In this document: in pieces, positions 10,396 to 20,100 of the stretch
Position numbering within the stretch: position 1 is the stretch's first letter
Layout of the letters: every line of letters begins with the position of its first letter
NCBI GenBank assembly: GCA_963836075.1
Contig: CAWIIB010000009.1
Span: forward strand, 1,568,001 to 1,632,000
Direction: 5' to 3'
From: an uncultured Acidobacteriota bacterium
GTDB taxonomy: Bacteria > Acidobacteriota > JAQAZP01
Length of the DNA stretch: 64,000 nucleotides
The notes under the pieces: model-generated
What the model saw: the letters and a program-made list of their open reading frames with translations, nothing else
Databases searched by the model: none
Told to the model about the DNA's origin: nothing
Program-made: the position numbers and the translations under genes

Positions 10396-12677
10396 TGACC
10401 GCCCCGGGAAAAAGCGGCATCGCCACCCCGGCCCTGGTCCTCGGCCTGCTGGCCGTCTTTTTCCTGCTCTTCGCCGCCACCGTGGGCAAGGACCGGCTCC
10501 CCGGCGGCTTCATCTGCGACGAGGCGGCCTACTTCATGATGACCCAGAGCCTCTGGGAGGACGGCGACCTGCGCTGGGAGGAGCGGGACGTGGTGACCGC
10601 CAACCGGCTCTTCGAGGGCGGGCCGCGCAACGTGATCCTGATGACCCCGGACGGCGGCGAGACGCTCTACTACGGCAAGCCGTATATCTACTCTTTGCTG
10701 GTCCTGCCCTTTTTTGCCCTGCTGGGGGTCAACGGGTTCGTCCTGGTCAATGCGCTGATGTTCATCACCATGGTCTGGCTGTCCTGGCGCTACCTGCGGG
10801 CCTGGAACGGGTCGGCGGTGGCGCTGCTGATGGCGGTGACCTTCTTCTTCCTTTCCGCCGCCTTCCCTTACGTCTTCTGGATGCACCCCGAGGTGTTCAA
10901 CATGTTCGTCATCTTCCTCGGCTGCTACTTCTGGATCCACCCCGGTCCGGGCAGCGGCGAGGAAGGAGGGGCGGGGGTGAAACCGGGGTTTTTCACCCGC
11001 CCGGTGGTCCGGGCCGCGCTGGCCGGGTTCTTCTTCGCCCTGGCCGCGTTTTCCAAGTTCCCCCACGCCGCCTTTGGCGGGTTTTTCGCCCTGCACGGCC
11101 TGGTCACCCGGCGCTGGAGCCGTCTGGTGGCCCTGGGTCTGGTCTTTGCCGCCTGTTTCGGCCTGCTGGTGGTCGGCCAGCTGGCGCTGAGCGACACGCC
11201 CTCGGTCTATCACGTGGCCCGCTGCGCCATCCCGCGGGCCGACTCGGTGGAGCGGTTGGCCGGGGTGAGCGACCTGCTGCTGGACGAGGACCCCCGGGGC
11301 GCCGGGGAATACGGCGGCGGCGGGCTGGGCCTGTTCAACATGGACGGCAAGTTCCCCTACAACATGGTCTACTACTTCATCGGGCGGCACACCGGGCTGG
11401 TGCCCTACTTTTTCCCCGCGGTGCTGGCCCTCTACTGGTTCTTCTTCCGCGGCGGCCGCAAGATGGGCCTCGACCGCTGGGCCCTGCTGGCCGCGGCAAC
11501 GGTGCTCATCGGCTTCTACGTCCTGGTGCTGCCCTTCAACTACCAGGGGGGCGGGGGATTCATCGGCAACCGCTACTTCGTCTCCTTCTACCCGGCGTTT
11601 CTCTTCCTCATCGGCCGTCTGCCCTCGCTCACCGGGGTGGCCGCCGGCTGGGTGGTGGCCGGGCTCTTTCTCTCCCAGTTGCTTTTCACCCCCTTCGGCG
11701 CCAACACCAGCCGCCAGTCGCTCCAGGCCCACGTGCGCAACCCGGTGTTCCGCGTGCTGCCCTTCGAGACCACCCTGCGCTGGATCCCGTCCTACATCGA
11801 CCAGGTGCGGGGGTTCGAGAAGGGGACGATCATGTACCGCAACCGCTTCCTCGACCTCAACGCGTACGTCGAGGGCGACTCCTTCTGGGTCCGGGGCAAG
11901 AGCCGCACCGCGGTGCTGCTGATGTCCCGCAAACCGCTGGAGCGGATCGTGTTCAGCAGTTCCAGCCGGGACCTGGAGGCCTGGTGCCGCGGGGCCAGAG
12001 GGGAGTTCCGCACGGTGCAGCTGCTCCGATTCCCTGAGGGTGGGCCGGCCGCAGGGGTGGAGGAGGAGCAGCTCCAGGTGGTGCTGGAAAACCCGCGGCC
12101 GCGGGCGGTGCACCCCTTTGGCAGCGAGGAGTTCACCAGCTGGTTTTACGTGGTGAAGTTCAGGACCGACCACGGCTTTATTCCGAAGTTCAGCGAGCCG
12201 GGGAGCAGTGACATCCGCTACCTCGGGGTGAGGCTGACCCTGCTGGGCGAGGGCGAGCCGTATCTCGGCGACGAGTTCTTCCGCTACCGGCTGCTGGAAA
12301 TACAGCTGCCCGAAACGGTGGCCCCGGGGGCGGAGTTCGAGGTGCCGCTGCGCCTGCAGTCCCGGAGCCCCTACACCTGGGACGAGAAGGTGCGGCTCTC
12401 CTACCACTGGATGACGCCGGCGTCGGACGGGGGAAAGCCCCGGCCCGTGATCTGGGACGGGCTGCACACCGCCATCCCCGGCGGCCGCCTGGACCCCGGC
12501 GGGACGATGGATGTGGCGATGAAGGTCAAGGCGCCCGATGACCCGGGACGCTACCTGCTGCAGGTGGACCTGCTCTGCGACGGCGTGGACTGGTTCGCCA
12601 ACCGCAACCGCTGGACCATGGCGGCCGAGGCCGAACTGCTGGTGGGGGAGACCACCGAGGACGGGACCGATGAGTGA
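10395..12677 (+). CDS. Putative GT-C-fold membrane glycosyltransferase with a C-terminal NBR1-like Ig domain
   Basis: TGATG overlap with the previous gene. DE motif after TM1 (CDEAAYFMMTQSL), many TM helices, C-terminal LSYHW...WDGLHT...PGRYLLQVDL. Confidence 0.7.
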   Translation: MTAPGKSGIATPALVLGLLAVFFLLFAATVGKDRLPGGFICDEAAYFMMTQSLWEDGDLRWEERDVVTANRLFEGGPRNVILMTPDGGETLYYGKPYIYSLLVLPFFALLGVNGFVLVNALMFITMVWLSWRYLRAWNGSAVALLMAVTFFFLSAAFPYVFWMHPEVFNMFVIFLGCYFWIHPGPGSGEEGGAGVKPGFFTRPVVRAALAGFFFALAAFSKFPHAAFGGFFALHGLVTRRWSRLVALGLVFAACFGLLVVGQLALSDTPSVYHVARCAIPRADSVERLAGVSDLLLDEDPRGAGEYGGGGLGLFNMDGKFPYNMVYYFIGRHTGLVPYFFPAVLALYWFFFRGGRKMGLDRWALLAAATVLIGFYVLVLPFNYQGGGGFIGNRYFVSFYPAFLFLIGRLPSLTGVAAGWVVAGLFLSQLLFTPFGANTSRQSLQAHVRNPVFRVLPFETTLRWIPSYIDQVRGFEKGTIMYRNRFLDLNAYVEGDSFWVRGKSRTAVLLMSRKPLERIVFSSSSRDLEAWCRGARGEFRTVQLLRFPEGGPAAGVEEEQLQVVLENPRPRAVHPFGSEEFTSWFYVVKFRTDHGFIPKFSEPGSSDIRYLGVRLTLLGEGEPYLGDEFFRYRLLEIQLPETVAPGAEFEVPLRLQSRSPYTWDEKVRLSYHWMTPASDGGKPRPVIWDGLHTAIPGGRLDPGGTMDVAMKVKAPDDPGRYLLQVDLLCDGVDWFANRNRWTMAAEAELLVGETTEDGTDE

Positions 12678-13578
12678 CGTGGTTGAAGCCGCGCCCCGGG
12701 TGGCGGTGATCCTGCTCAACTGGAACCAGAAGGAGATGACCCTGGCCTGTCTCCGGTCGCTGGCCGGGGTGGACTACCCCAACTTCGGCATGGTGCTGGT
12801 GGACAACGCTTCGGAGGACGGGTCGGCTGAGGCGGTGCAGCAGGCTTTCCCCGAGGTCACCGTGATCCGCAACCAGGAGAACCTCGGCGTGGCCGGCGGG
12901 CGGAACGTGGGTCTGAAGCACGTGCTGGAGCAGGAGGCCGCCGAGTATCTGCTGCTGCTGGACAACGACACCGAGGTGGACCCGGCCTTTCTCACCGCCC
13001 TGGTCCGCGCCGGGGAGCAGGAAGCCCGGGCGGGGATCCTCACCGGCAAGATCTACTTCCACGACCGGCCGGAGGTGATCTGGTGCGCCGGAGGGACGTG
13101 GGATCTCTACCGCTGCGACTTCCGGCTCGCCGGCCACGATGAGGCGGACCAGGGCCAGTACGACACGCTGCGCGACGTGGACCACGTGGCCGGCTGCTGC
13201 CAGATGATCACCCGGCCGGCGCTGGACGCCATCGGCCTGCTGGACGAACGCTTCTCCCCCTATTTCTGCGAGGACACCGACTGGTGCGCCCGGGCGGCCG
13301 AGGCCGGCTTCCGGGTGCTCTACGTCCCCCGGGCCCGGCTGTGGCACCACGTGGTGAAGAAAACCGAGGTCTCCGACCGCTACCTGTTCCTCAAGGGCCG
13401 CAACCTGCTGCTGTTCATGCGCAAGCACGCCAGACTGCGCCACTGGTTCGTCTTCTCCTTTGTGGCCGTGGGCCGGGGGCTGAAGGTGGCTTGGCGGGAG
13501 CTGCGGGCCGGCAACCTCAAGCACTTCTTCACCATGGCCCGGGGCGCGTTCAGCTCGCTGAAAATCCGGAATAAATAG
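12670..13578 (+). CDS. GT2 family glycosyltransferase (WbbL-like)
   Basis: ILLNWN, VDNASEDGS, NLGVAGGRNVG, LLDND, FCEDTDWC. Confidence 0.9.
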   Translation: MSDVVEAAPRVAVILLNWNQKEMTLACLRSLAGVDYPNFGMVLVDNASEDGSAEAVQQAFPEVTVIRNQENLGVAGGRNVGLKHVLEQEAAEYLLLLDNDTEVDPAFLTALVRAGEQEARAGILTGKIYFHDRPEVIWCAGGTWDLYRCDFRLAGHDEADQGQYDTLRDVDHVAGCCQMITRPALDAIGLLDERFSPYFCEDTDWCARAAEAGFRVLYVPRARLWHHVVKKTEVSDRYLFLKGRNLLLFMRKHARLRHWFVFSFVAVGRGLKVAWRELRAGNLKHFFTMARGAFSSLKIRNK

Positions 13579-13592
13579 ACAGACCCGGCAGG

Positions 13593-14198
13593 TTAAAAGA
13601 CCAGCACGATGGACCGGTTCCCCTCGCGGTCTTCGGTCTCGTGCTCGGCGATGATGGTGAAATTCGAGCGGATCAACTCCACCACCGCCGCCTGCTGCTC
13701 CTTGCTGTAGAGCTGCACGATCTGCACCCCGTCCGGGGCGAGAAAATCCTTGTAGCGGTTGAGCACCGGCACGATCTTCTGGTGATCGAAGTAGTAGATG
13801 ACCTCGCTCCAGAGGACCACGTCGTAACGGTGCTGGTCGGTGTAGCTGGCGATGTCGGCGGCGACGAAGAAGACGTTCTCCCGGCCGCGAAAATCCTCCC
13901 GGCCCTTGCCCACTGCCACCGTGGACACGTCGAGTCCGGTGTAGCGGGTGAAGGCGGAGAGGGCGTGGATGGTCTTGCCGGTGCCGCAGCCGAGGTCGAT
14001 GATCGATCCGCCCTTGAGGTGCTCCTCGATGATCCGGGCAAAATGCTCGGCCGGCGGGTAGTCGATGTAGTCCCAGTCACCGCTGCGGTATTCGTAGTCC
14101 CAGATGAGACGCTTGAACAGCGTGGTATTCCGCAGCACCAGTTTGCGCAGAAACGTCTTTTCCTTGAGCCAGGTGACGAGGTTTTTCATGTGTCCCAT
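13593..14198 (-). CDS. Class I SAM-dependent methyltransferase
   Basis: IIDLGCGTG motif I, YTGLDVS, YDVVLWSEVIYY. Confidence 0.88.
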   Translation of the reverse strand: MGHMKNLVTWLKEKTFLRKLVLRNTTLFKRLIWDYEYRSGDWDYIDYPPAEHFARIIEEHLKGGSIIDLGCGTGKTIHALSAFTRYTGLDVSTVAVGKGREDFRGRENVFFVAADIASYTDQHRYDVVLWSEVIYYFDHQKIVPVLNRYKDFLAPDGVQIVQLYSKEQQAAVVELIRSNFTIIAEHETEDREGNRSIVLVF

Positions 14199-14224
14199 TG
14201 GTGCCGAATTTCTCCAGAGAGCCG

Positions 14225-15592
14225 CTACTCTACCACAGCTCGGGGTTCCGGGGCCTCAGCCAATGAACCCGGCCCGCCGGTGAGGCCGCGCTGGTGGATC
14301 TGGTGGGCCAGGATCCGGGCCACCGCGCGGTGCCCCTCGGTGGTCAGGTGGTTGTCGTCGAGGAAATAGGCCGCGATACCCCGGTTTTGCTGCTCCATGT
14401 CCTGCCGCAGCAGGGGCAGCAGGTCCACGGTGTCGATCCCCTGCTCCGTGGCGTGGCGCGTCAGGGTTTTCTGGGGCCGGCCGTAGGCTGCGGGGTTCTG
14501 CAGCTGGAAGGCGTAGGGCAGGATCACCAGCATCGACGGGATGCCCTCCTCCCGGCAGCGCAGAAAGATCCGGTCCAGGTTTTCCAGGGTCAGGGCCCAG
14601 GCCTGGTCGGTCAGTTCCTTCTTCTCGTCGTAGAGCAGGTCCATCACCTGCAGGCGCTCGATCTCCCGCGCCGCTTCAGCCGGTTGGCCGCCGAAACGGA
14701 CCCGGTCCCGGAGGTACGACCCGAAGGCGAAGATGCTGCTCCACCCGGCCAGCCGGTCCCCCAGCCCTTCCACTGTGTGACGCAACTGGAAGCCCAGCTC
14801 GCTGCCGCCGAACTGCACCAGGCTGAATTTTTCGGTGACATCGTTGAGCACGAAGCAGACCAGCACCAGGTCGGGCTCGAGGTCCAGGCCGTAGCGGACC
14901 AGGAACTCGTATTCCTGCCACGGGGAAAAGCCGCCGGTTCCCGCGTTGAGCGGCACCACCATCCGCTCCGGGTTGCGGGCGTTGAGGTCCCGGCCGGTGA
15001 GCAGGGGGAACGGCTCGTCGTCGCGCACCCGGTAGCCGAAAGTCACCGAGTCGCCGAGGAAAAGGATGCGGAACTGCTCCAGCTGTCCCTCGGGCGGCAC
15101 GTCGGCCCCGCGCAGGCCGTGGGCGTTGATGGTGGCCGGCACCAGACCCCAGCTGCCCCGCACCCCCGGTTTGAGCCGCCAGCCGAGGTCCGGGTCGCGG
15201 GCGAAAATAGTGGTGCTGCGCGAACTGTCCCGGTAGAAGCGGATGGAGAGGACCTGCTCCAGGGTAAACACGGTGGTCAGCAGCATGGTGGCCAGCAGGA
15301 CCAGGTTGACCCGCAGGTTGCGCCGCGCCGCCCAGCGGAAGAACCCGGCCCGGCGCAGGAGGAAGCCCCCGGCCAGCAGGGCCAGACCGCCCAGGGCCAG
15401 CCGCAGCCGGGCGGCCGGGACCCGCTCCGCCACCCGGTCCAGCAGGCCGCCCCAGGGTCGGAAGACCCAGTCGATCAGGCTGCCGCTGAACAGCAGGGCC
15501 AGGCCCAGCAGCGCCAGGCCGAGGACCACCCAGAGAGCGAAGAGAATCCGCGCGTTCCCGACGTTGCCCTCGTTCTTCCCGTCCCCGGACAT
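14225..15592 (-). CDS. Membrane-anchored SGNH/GDSL hydrolase or acyltransferase
   Basis: LGDSVTFG, NAGTGG, VLND and DDNH blocks after three TM helices. GGAGG RBS before ATG 15592. Confidence 0.85.
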   Translation of the reverse strand: MSGDGKNEGNVGNARILFALWVVLGLALLGLALLFSGSLIDWVFRPWGGLLDRVAERVPAARLRLALGGLALLAGGFLLRRAGFFRWAARRNLRVNLVLLATMLLTTVFTLEQVLSIRFYRDSSRSTTIFARDPDLGWRLKPGVRGSWGLVPATINAHGLRGADVPPEGQLEQFRILFLGDSVTFGYRVRDDEPFPLLTGRDLNARNPERMVVPLNAGTGGFSPWQEYEFLVRYGLDLEPDLVLVCFVLNDVTEKFSLVQFGGSELGFQLRHTVEGLGDRLAGWSSIFAFGSYLRDRVRFGGQPAEAAREIERLQVMDLLYDEKKELTDQAWALTLENLDRIFLRCREEGIPSMLVILPYAFQLQNPAAYGRPQKTLTRHATEQGIDTVDLLPLLRQDMEQQNRGIAAYFLDDNHLTTEGHRAVARILAHQIHQRGLTGGPGSLAEAPEPRAVVE

Positions 15593-15958
15593 CGGTGAAT
15601 CCTCCATCCCCTGAACTGCCCTGTCCCGCCCTGCAACATGCCGGAAATGAAAAGTCCGGCCGGTCGTTATTGTAACGCGCATTTTTCGGCCCGTCATCCT
15701 GGGGGAGAAAAGGCCGGTTTTGCTCAAGAAAGACGGCCGGACCGCCGATAGAAAAAGAGAATAAAGGGGTTTCTGACGGCAGCCGTTCATCTACCCGTCG
15801 GCGCCGCAGATCTGATCGTCCAACACATGTCCGACTCTCTGTGGACAAAGGATGTATGAAAAGAGCTGAATCTCGAGTGGTTTTCGGTTTAGCAGCCGGT
15901 GAGATGCACTCAAGCGATACCAGAGAAGCTTCTATCGATACCTGGAGGGCCTTCGACA

Positions 15959-18892
15959 ATGTGTCGTCCTGAATCCCACCGCGGCAGCCGGTTCGCCCGC
16001 CGTGCCGCGGTCTGCGTGTTCCTGTTCTTGTTCTCCTGCACGTTCGCCCACCTGCGGGCCGACGACCTGGTCACCGGCGACGGCCTCACCGTCCAGGTGG
16101 ACGCGGCAGGCCAGGTGACCGGGGTCCAGGTGGCGGGCGACGAGCTGCTCACCACCGGCGTCACCGGCGGCTTCTCCCTCACCGATTACACCGGCATCAA
16201 CGGGGTGAACATCCTGGTCAACTCAGGGTTCGAGGGCGGGTTCACCCACGTCCTCGACAACATCCACATCCCGGACAACTGGAACCTGCTCACCGCCACC
16301 GGTTCGGCGGACAACATCTCTCTTCAGCAGGAGACCGGCGGGCCCCACGAGGGCCTTAACGCTATCCACTTCGTCACCACCCAGTCCGGCGACGAAGCCG
16401 ACCCGCTGGAACCGGACGTGATCGAAATCGCCAGCGACACCTTTACCGTGGTCGGCGGCGTGACCTACTACTGCAGTTCGGTGTGCCGCAGCGACTTCGG
16501 CTATTCCCGGGATATCAACGGCTGGCCCTATGAAGCCGCCGTCTACCTCGACTGGTATGACGGGGACCAGGCGCTGATCTCCAGCGACAAGGTTTTCGAG
16601 GCGAGCCAGACGTTCTACAGCTGGACCCGGTTCACCGGCTGGGCGGAATCGCCCGAAAACGCCGCCAGCGCTTCGGTGCGCATCTATGTCAGCGGCAACT
16701 CCATCGATTATTCCCAGCCCATGGATGTCCTCTTCGACAACTTCCGCTGTTTCCGCGAACCCGCCGGCATCCGGGACATCCCGGTGAGCGGCACGGTGAC
16801 CAATAACGCCGGCGTGCTGAACATGCAGGCGGTGAACGTGGGTGGCCGAGGTCTCGACATATCGGCCCGGATGGAGGCCTTGACCGACCGCATCGAGATC
16901 AGCGGCCAGGTGACTCCCAGCGAGGGGAACGAAGGCCTGGACCGGGCGCTGGACCTCTCCTTCGTCCTGCCGGTGGATACCTCGTCCATGGAATGGTGGT
17001 GGTACGACAACCTGCATAAGAACTACCGCATCCGCGACCAGTATGTCTACGACGAGAACGTGGCGGCCGACGCCATCTCGCCGAACCTGAGGCTGAACGT
17101 CTACAACCTCTCCTGCATCACCGACGGGGACCACGTGCTGAACATCGCCCGCGAACCGGATCTGGTGCGGCCGTACTACGTGCAATACGAAGCCGAGGAC
17201 GACCTTTACATCATCCGCTTCCAGCTGGGGCTGGCAGCCCAGCGGGATCATGCCAGTTTCGATTTCGTCCTCTACACCTCGCTGCCCAACTGGGACATGC
17301 GCGGCGCGCTGCAGAAGTATTACGACATCTACACCGGCTACGGCCGGCTGCGCTCGGTGGGCGGTGAGCCCATGGCCGGGGGGATCAACGGCGGCCGGCC
17401 GGAATCGATCATGGGCAACGCCTATGAGACCAACCCCGAGGACTATGCTGTCCGTTACTACTTCAACAACAGTGCGGACGAGGCCGCCTACATGACCGAT
17501 GACCTGGGACTGCAGATGCTCTACTACACGCAGCCCTGGATGGTGATGTTCGAATCACCCGAGGATGATCCGCTGCCGCCATACCCCGAGTTCCGCAACG
17601 CGGTGAACGACCTGCCCAGCGTGTTCACCGAGGCGGAGATTATCGAGTCCTTCCCCTCGGACATCCTGATCAACATCAACGACACAACCAACCAGGACTA
17701 CCTGCTCTACCGCATCACCCACTACCCCGACCAGGCAGCTTTCCAGTACATGGCCTCGGTCTACATCAACACCGAGGACCAGACGCCCAGTTTCGGCAAC
17801 CGCTACCTCGACCACGTGGAGGATTACTACGAGTACATGGTGGAGACCATGCTCAGCCAGGAGTATCTCTACGGGGTGATGATGGACCTGTCGAACATCG
17901 GCGGCGCGACCCTGGACGGTTCGCGCAGCCGTTTCGCCTCGGCGGGCTACGACCTGACCTACAGCCCCACCACGTTCACGCCGGCGCTCTGGAACCTCAA
18001 CGCCTTCCAGAACTTCATGGGCGGCCTGCAGGAGCGCCTGGAGGCGAACCAGCCCGACCGCGACATCATCAGCGCCAACATGATCGAATACGGCTACCTC
18101 TTCTCGGCGGCCAACCACCTCGACACCTTCGGTTTCGAGTGCTCGCCCATCTCCGGCTGGAACTGGGGAAACAAGCACCTCGACTACCGCAAGATCGTCG
18201 CCGGCAGCAAACCCTGGTCGCCGGTGATCACTTACGCCGAGGCGCTGGCCTTTGACGAGCCGAGCAACGAGTATTACAAGGGGATGTGCGACATGTACAA
18301 TGTCGCCCTGCTCTACGCCTTCTACCTCGCCCCCAAGAAATTCGTCGAGGTGAACAACAAGGACCTGGAGGAACTGCGGAACGTCTCCGCCGGAGTGGTG
18401 CCGTTCATCGACCGGTTCAACGAACTGGGCTGGTACCCCTGCCACAAGGTGCTGCAGGTGGACGAGTCGGACGAGCCGGCCCCGGACAAGTACGTCATGA
18501 TCGAGCGCTACGGGCCGAGCACCACCTTCGACTCGGGCGAGACGGCGTACGTGGTGCTGCACTACAACCACACCAGTCTCAAGTCGTTCGACACCCTCTT
18601 CCCCCGGCCCACCACGCTGGGCGAGACCCGGGACTTCCGGATCAAGATCGACCTGGTGGAGATCGGGATGACCGAACCGGTGACACTGGAAGAGATGACC
18701 GCCACCATGCACGATATGGCGCCGGTGACCCCGCCCGACCTCAACCTGACCAACAACGGGGACGGCACGGTGACCATCACCGGCACGCTGGACTGGCGCG
18801 ACACACTGGTGCTCAAGCTGCAGCAGTACACCCCGGACACCATACCTCCGGCGGTGCCCACCGGTGTGCAGGCCGAGGTTCTGCTACCCTGA
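15959..18892 (+). CDS. Large secreted acidic protein with a CBM4/9-like domain and a possible glycoside hydrolase core
   Basis: GGAGG RBS, signal peptide, NILVNSGFE...VLFDNF module, C-terminal DTIPPAVPTGV. The function is inferred. Confidence 0.7.
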   Translation: MCRPESHRGSRFARRAAVCVFLFLFSCTFAHLRADDLVTGDGLTVQVDAAGQVTGVQVAGDELLTTGVTGGFSLTDYTGINGVNILVNSGFEGGFTHVLDNIHIPDNWNLLTATGSADNISLQQETGGPHEGLNAIHFVTTQSGDEADPLEPDVIEIASDTFTVVGGVTYYCSSVCRSDFGYSRDINGWPYEAAVYLDWYDGDQALISSDKVFEASQTFYSWTRFTGWAESPENAASASVRIYVSGNSIDYSQPMDVLFDNFRCFREPAGIRDIPVSGTVTNNAGVLNMQAVNVGGRGLDISARMEALTDRIEISGQVTPSEGNEGLDRALDLSFVLPVDTSSMEWWWYDNLHKNYRIRDQYVYDENVAADAISPNLRLNVYNLSCITDGDHVLNIAREPDLVRPYYVQYEAEDDLYIIRFQLGLAAQRDHASFDFVLYTSLPNWDMRGALQKYYDIYTGYGRLRSVGGEPMAGGINGGRPESIMGNAYETNPEDYAVRYYFNNSADEAAYMTDDLGLQMLYYTQPWMVMFESPEDDPLPPYPEFRNAVNDLPSVFTEAEIIESFPSDILININDTTNQDYLLYRITHYPDQAAFQYMASVYINTEDQTPSFGNRYLDHVEDYYEYMVETMLSQEYLYGVMMDLSNIGGATLDGSRSRFASAGYDLTYSPTTFTPALWNLNAFQNFMGGLQERLEANQPDRDIISANMIEYGYLFSAANHLDTFGFECSPISGWNWGNKHLDYRKIVAGSKPWSPVITYAEALAFDEPSNEYYKGMCDMYNVALLYAFYLAPKKFVEVNNKDLEELRNVSAGVVPFIDRFNELGWYPCHKVLQVDESDEPAPDKYVMIERYGPSTTFDSGETAYVVLHYNHTSLKSFDTLFPRPTTLGETRDFRIKIDLVEIGMTEPVTLEEMTATMHDMAPVTPPDLNLTNNGDGTVTITGTLDWRDTLVLKLQQYTPDTIPPAVPTGVQAEVLLP

Positions 18893-18913
18893 GAAACTGA
18901 TTAAACAGGAATG

Positions 18914-18939
18914 AAAAAGCCCCCCTGAACGGGGGGCTT
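18914..18939 (-). terminator. Intrinsic terminator between convergent genes
   Basis: AAGCCCCCC-TGAAC-GGGGGGCTT with an A5 tract on the left (U tract for the minus-strand gene). Confidence 0.8.
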
Positions 18940-18976
18940 GCTCTGTACTGTCGGGTAAAGTTGAGGCAGGCCGGGT

Positions 18977-19991
18977 CTAGTATTCCCGCAGCAGCACGTC
19001 ACAGGCCAGGCGCACCTTGCGCAGCAGCCCGGCGAGGAAGCTGCCCTTGATCCCGGACCGCAGACCGACGATCAGTTTCCGCTGCAGGCGATACTTGTTC
19101 ATCTTCACCTTTTTCGGGCCGATATCGGTGAAGTTGGCCTCTTCCAGCGGTTTCCAGAGGGTTTCCGGGGGATATCCCCAGGTGCGCAGGTCATCGGGGT
19201 TCAGCTGGCCGATGATCTCTTCCATCAGCGAGAGCTTGGTCTGGTCGTAGGCCAGTTCCTCGGCCCACTTGTCGATGGAGCTGGTCACCGGCCGGGTGTG
19301 TTTCTTCACCCCCAGCGGGTCGCCCAGACCCTTGACCTCCGGCTGCCGCCGCCCGTATTCCACGCAGTTCTCCTCGAAGGGCAGGTCGAGGAAGTCGAGG
19401 ATCTCCTTGACCTTCTTCTCCGGATCCCGGGTGATGTCCTCGTAGCGCACGTGGATCATCGGCACCGGCTTCTCGCGGAGGAACCAGGCCATCACCGGCA
19501 CGTAGCGGTTGAGCAGCGGGTTGTACTCCTGGGCCAGCTGGTAATCGCCGTCGAAGAAGGAGTTGGCGAAGGAACTGAAGATGCCCAGCGGGTGCCGGGT
19601 GAGCACGATGAACCTGGCCCGGGGGTAGAGCTTGGCCAGGTAGGGCACCACCAGGCCGTAGGCCGGGGTCTTGTCCAGGAAGTAGCGCTTGCCGCTGGGC
19701 TCCAGCATCCGGCCGTACAGCGTGTCGGCATAGGCCCGGCAGGCGTCGTAGTAGTCGGTCTTCGGTGTTCGGCAGGTCGGCCACGAACTGCCTGGTCGAC
19801 TCGGCGGCCAGTACGTGGTCAAAGGGCGCCTTATCCACGTTGGCCCAGTAGCCCAGGTGGGCCAGCGGGGTCATCAGGTGCGGCTCCGGACGGCCGTAGA
19901 TCTCGGAATGGGACTCCAGCATCCGTTCCAGCATGGTGGACCCCGAGCGGGGGGTGCCGATGATGAAGAGCATCCTCTCTTGCATGGACAT
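18977..19991 (-). CDS. PAPS-dependent sulfotransferase, one frameshift near 19757
   Basis: 5'-PSB GTPRSGSTML, LDKTP, 3'-PB LTRHPLGIFSS, VRYED. Removing one C from GACCGAC joins the two ORFs. Confidence 0.9.
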
Positions 19992-20100
19992 CTATCGCCT
20001 CTCCTCGTAAAACCCGGCTTTTCCGTCGCCGGGCCCAGTGTCGGTGGCAAAAACACACTAAATTACTACAATTTATCCGCCCGGTGCAATAAAGGGCCGG

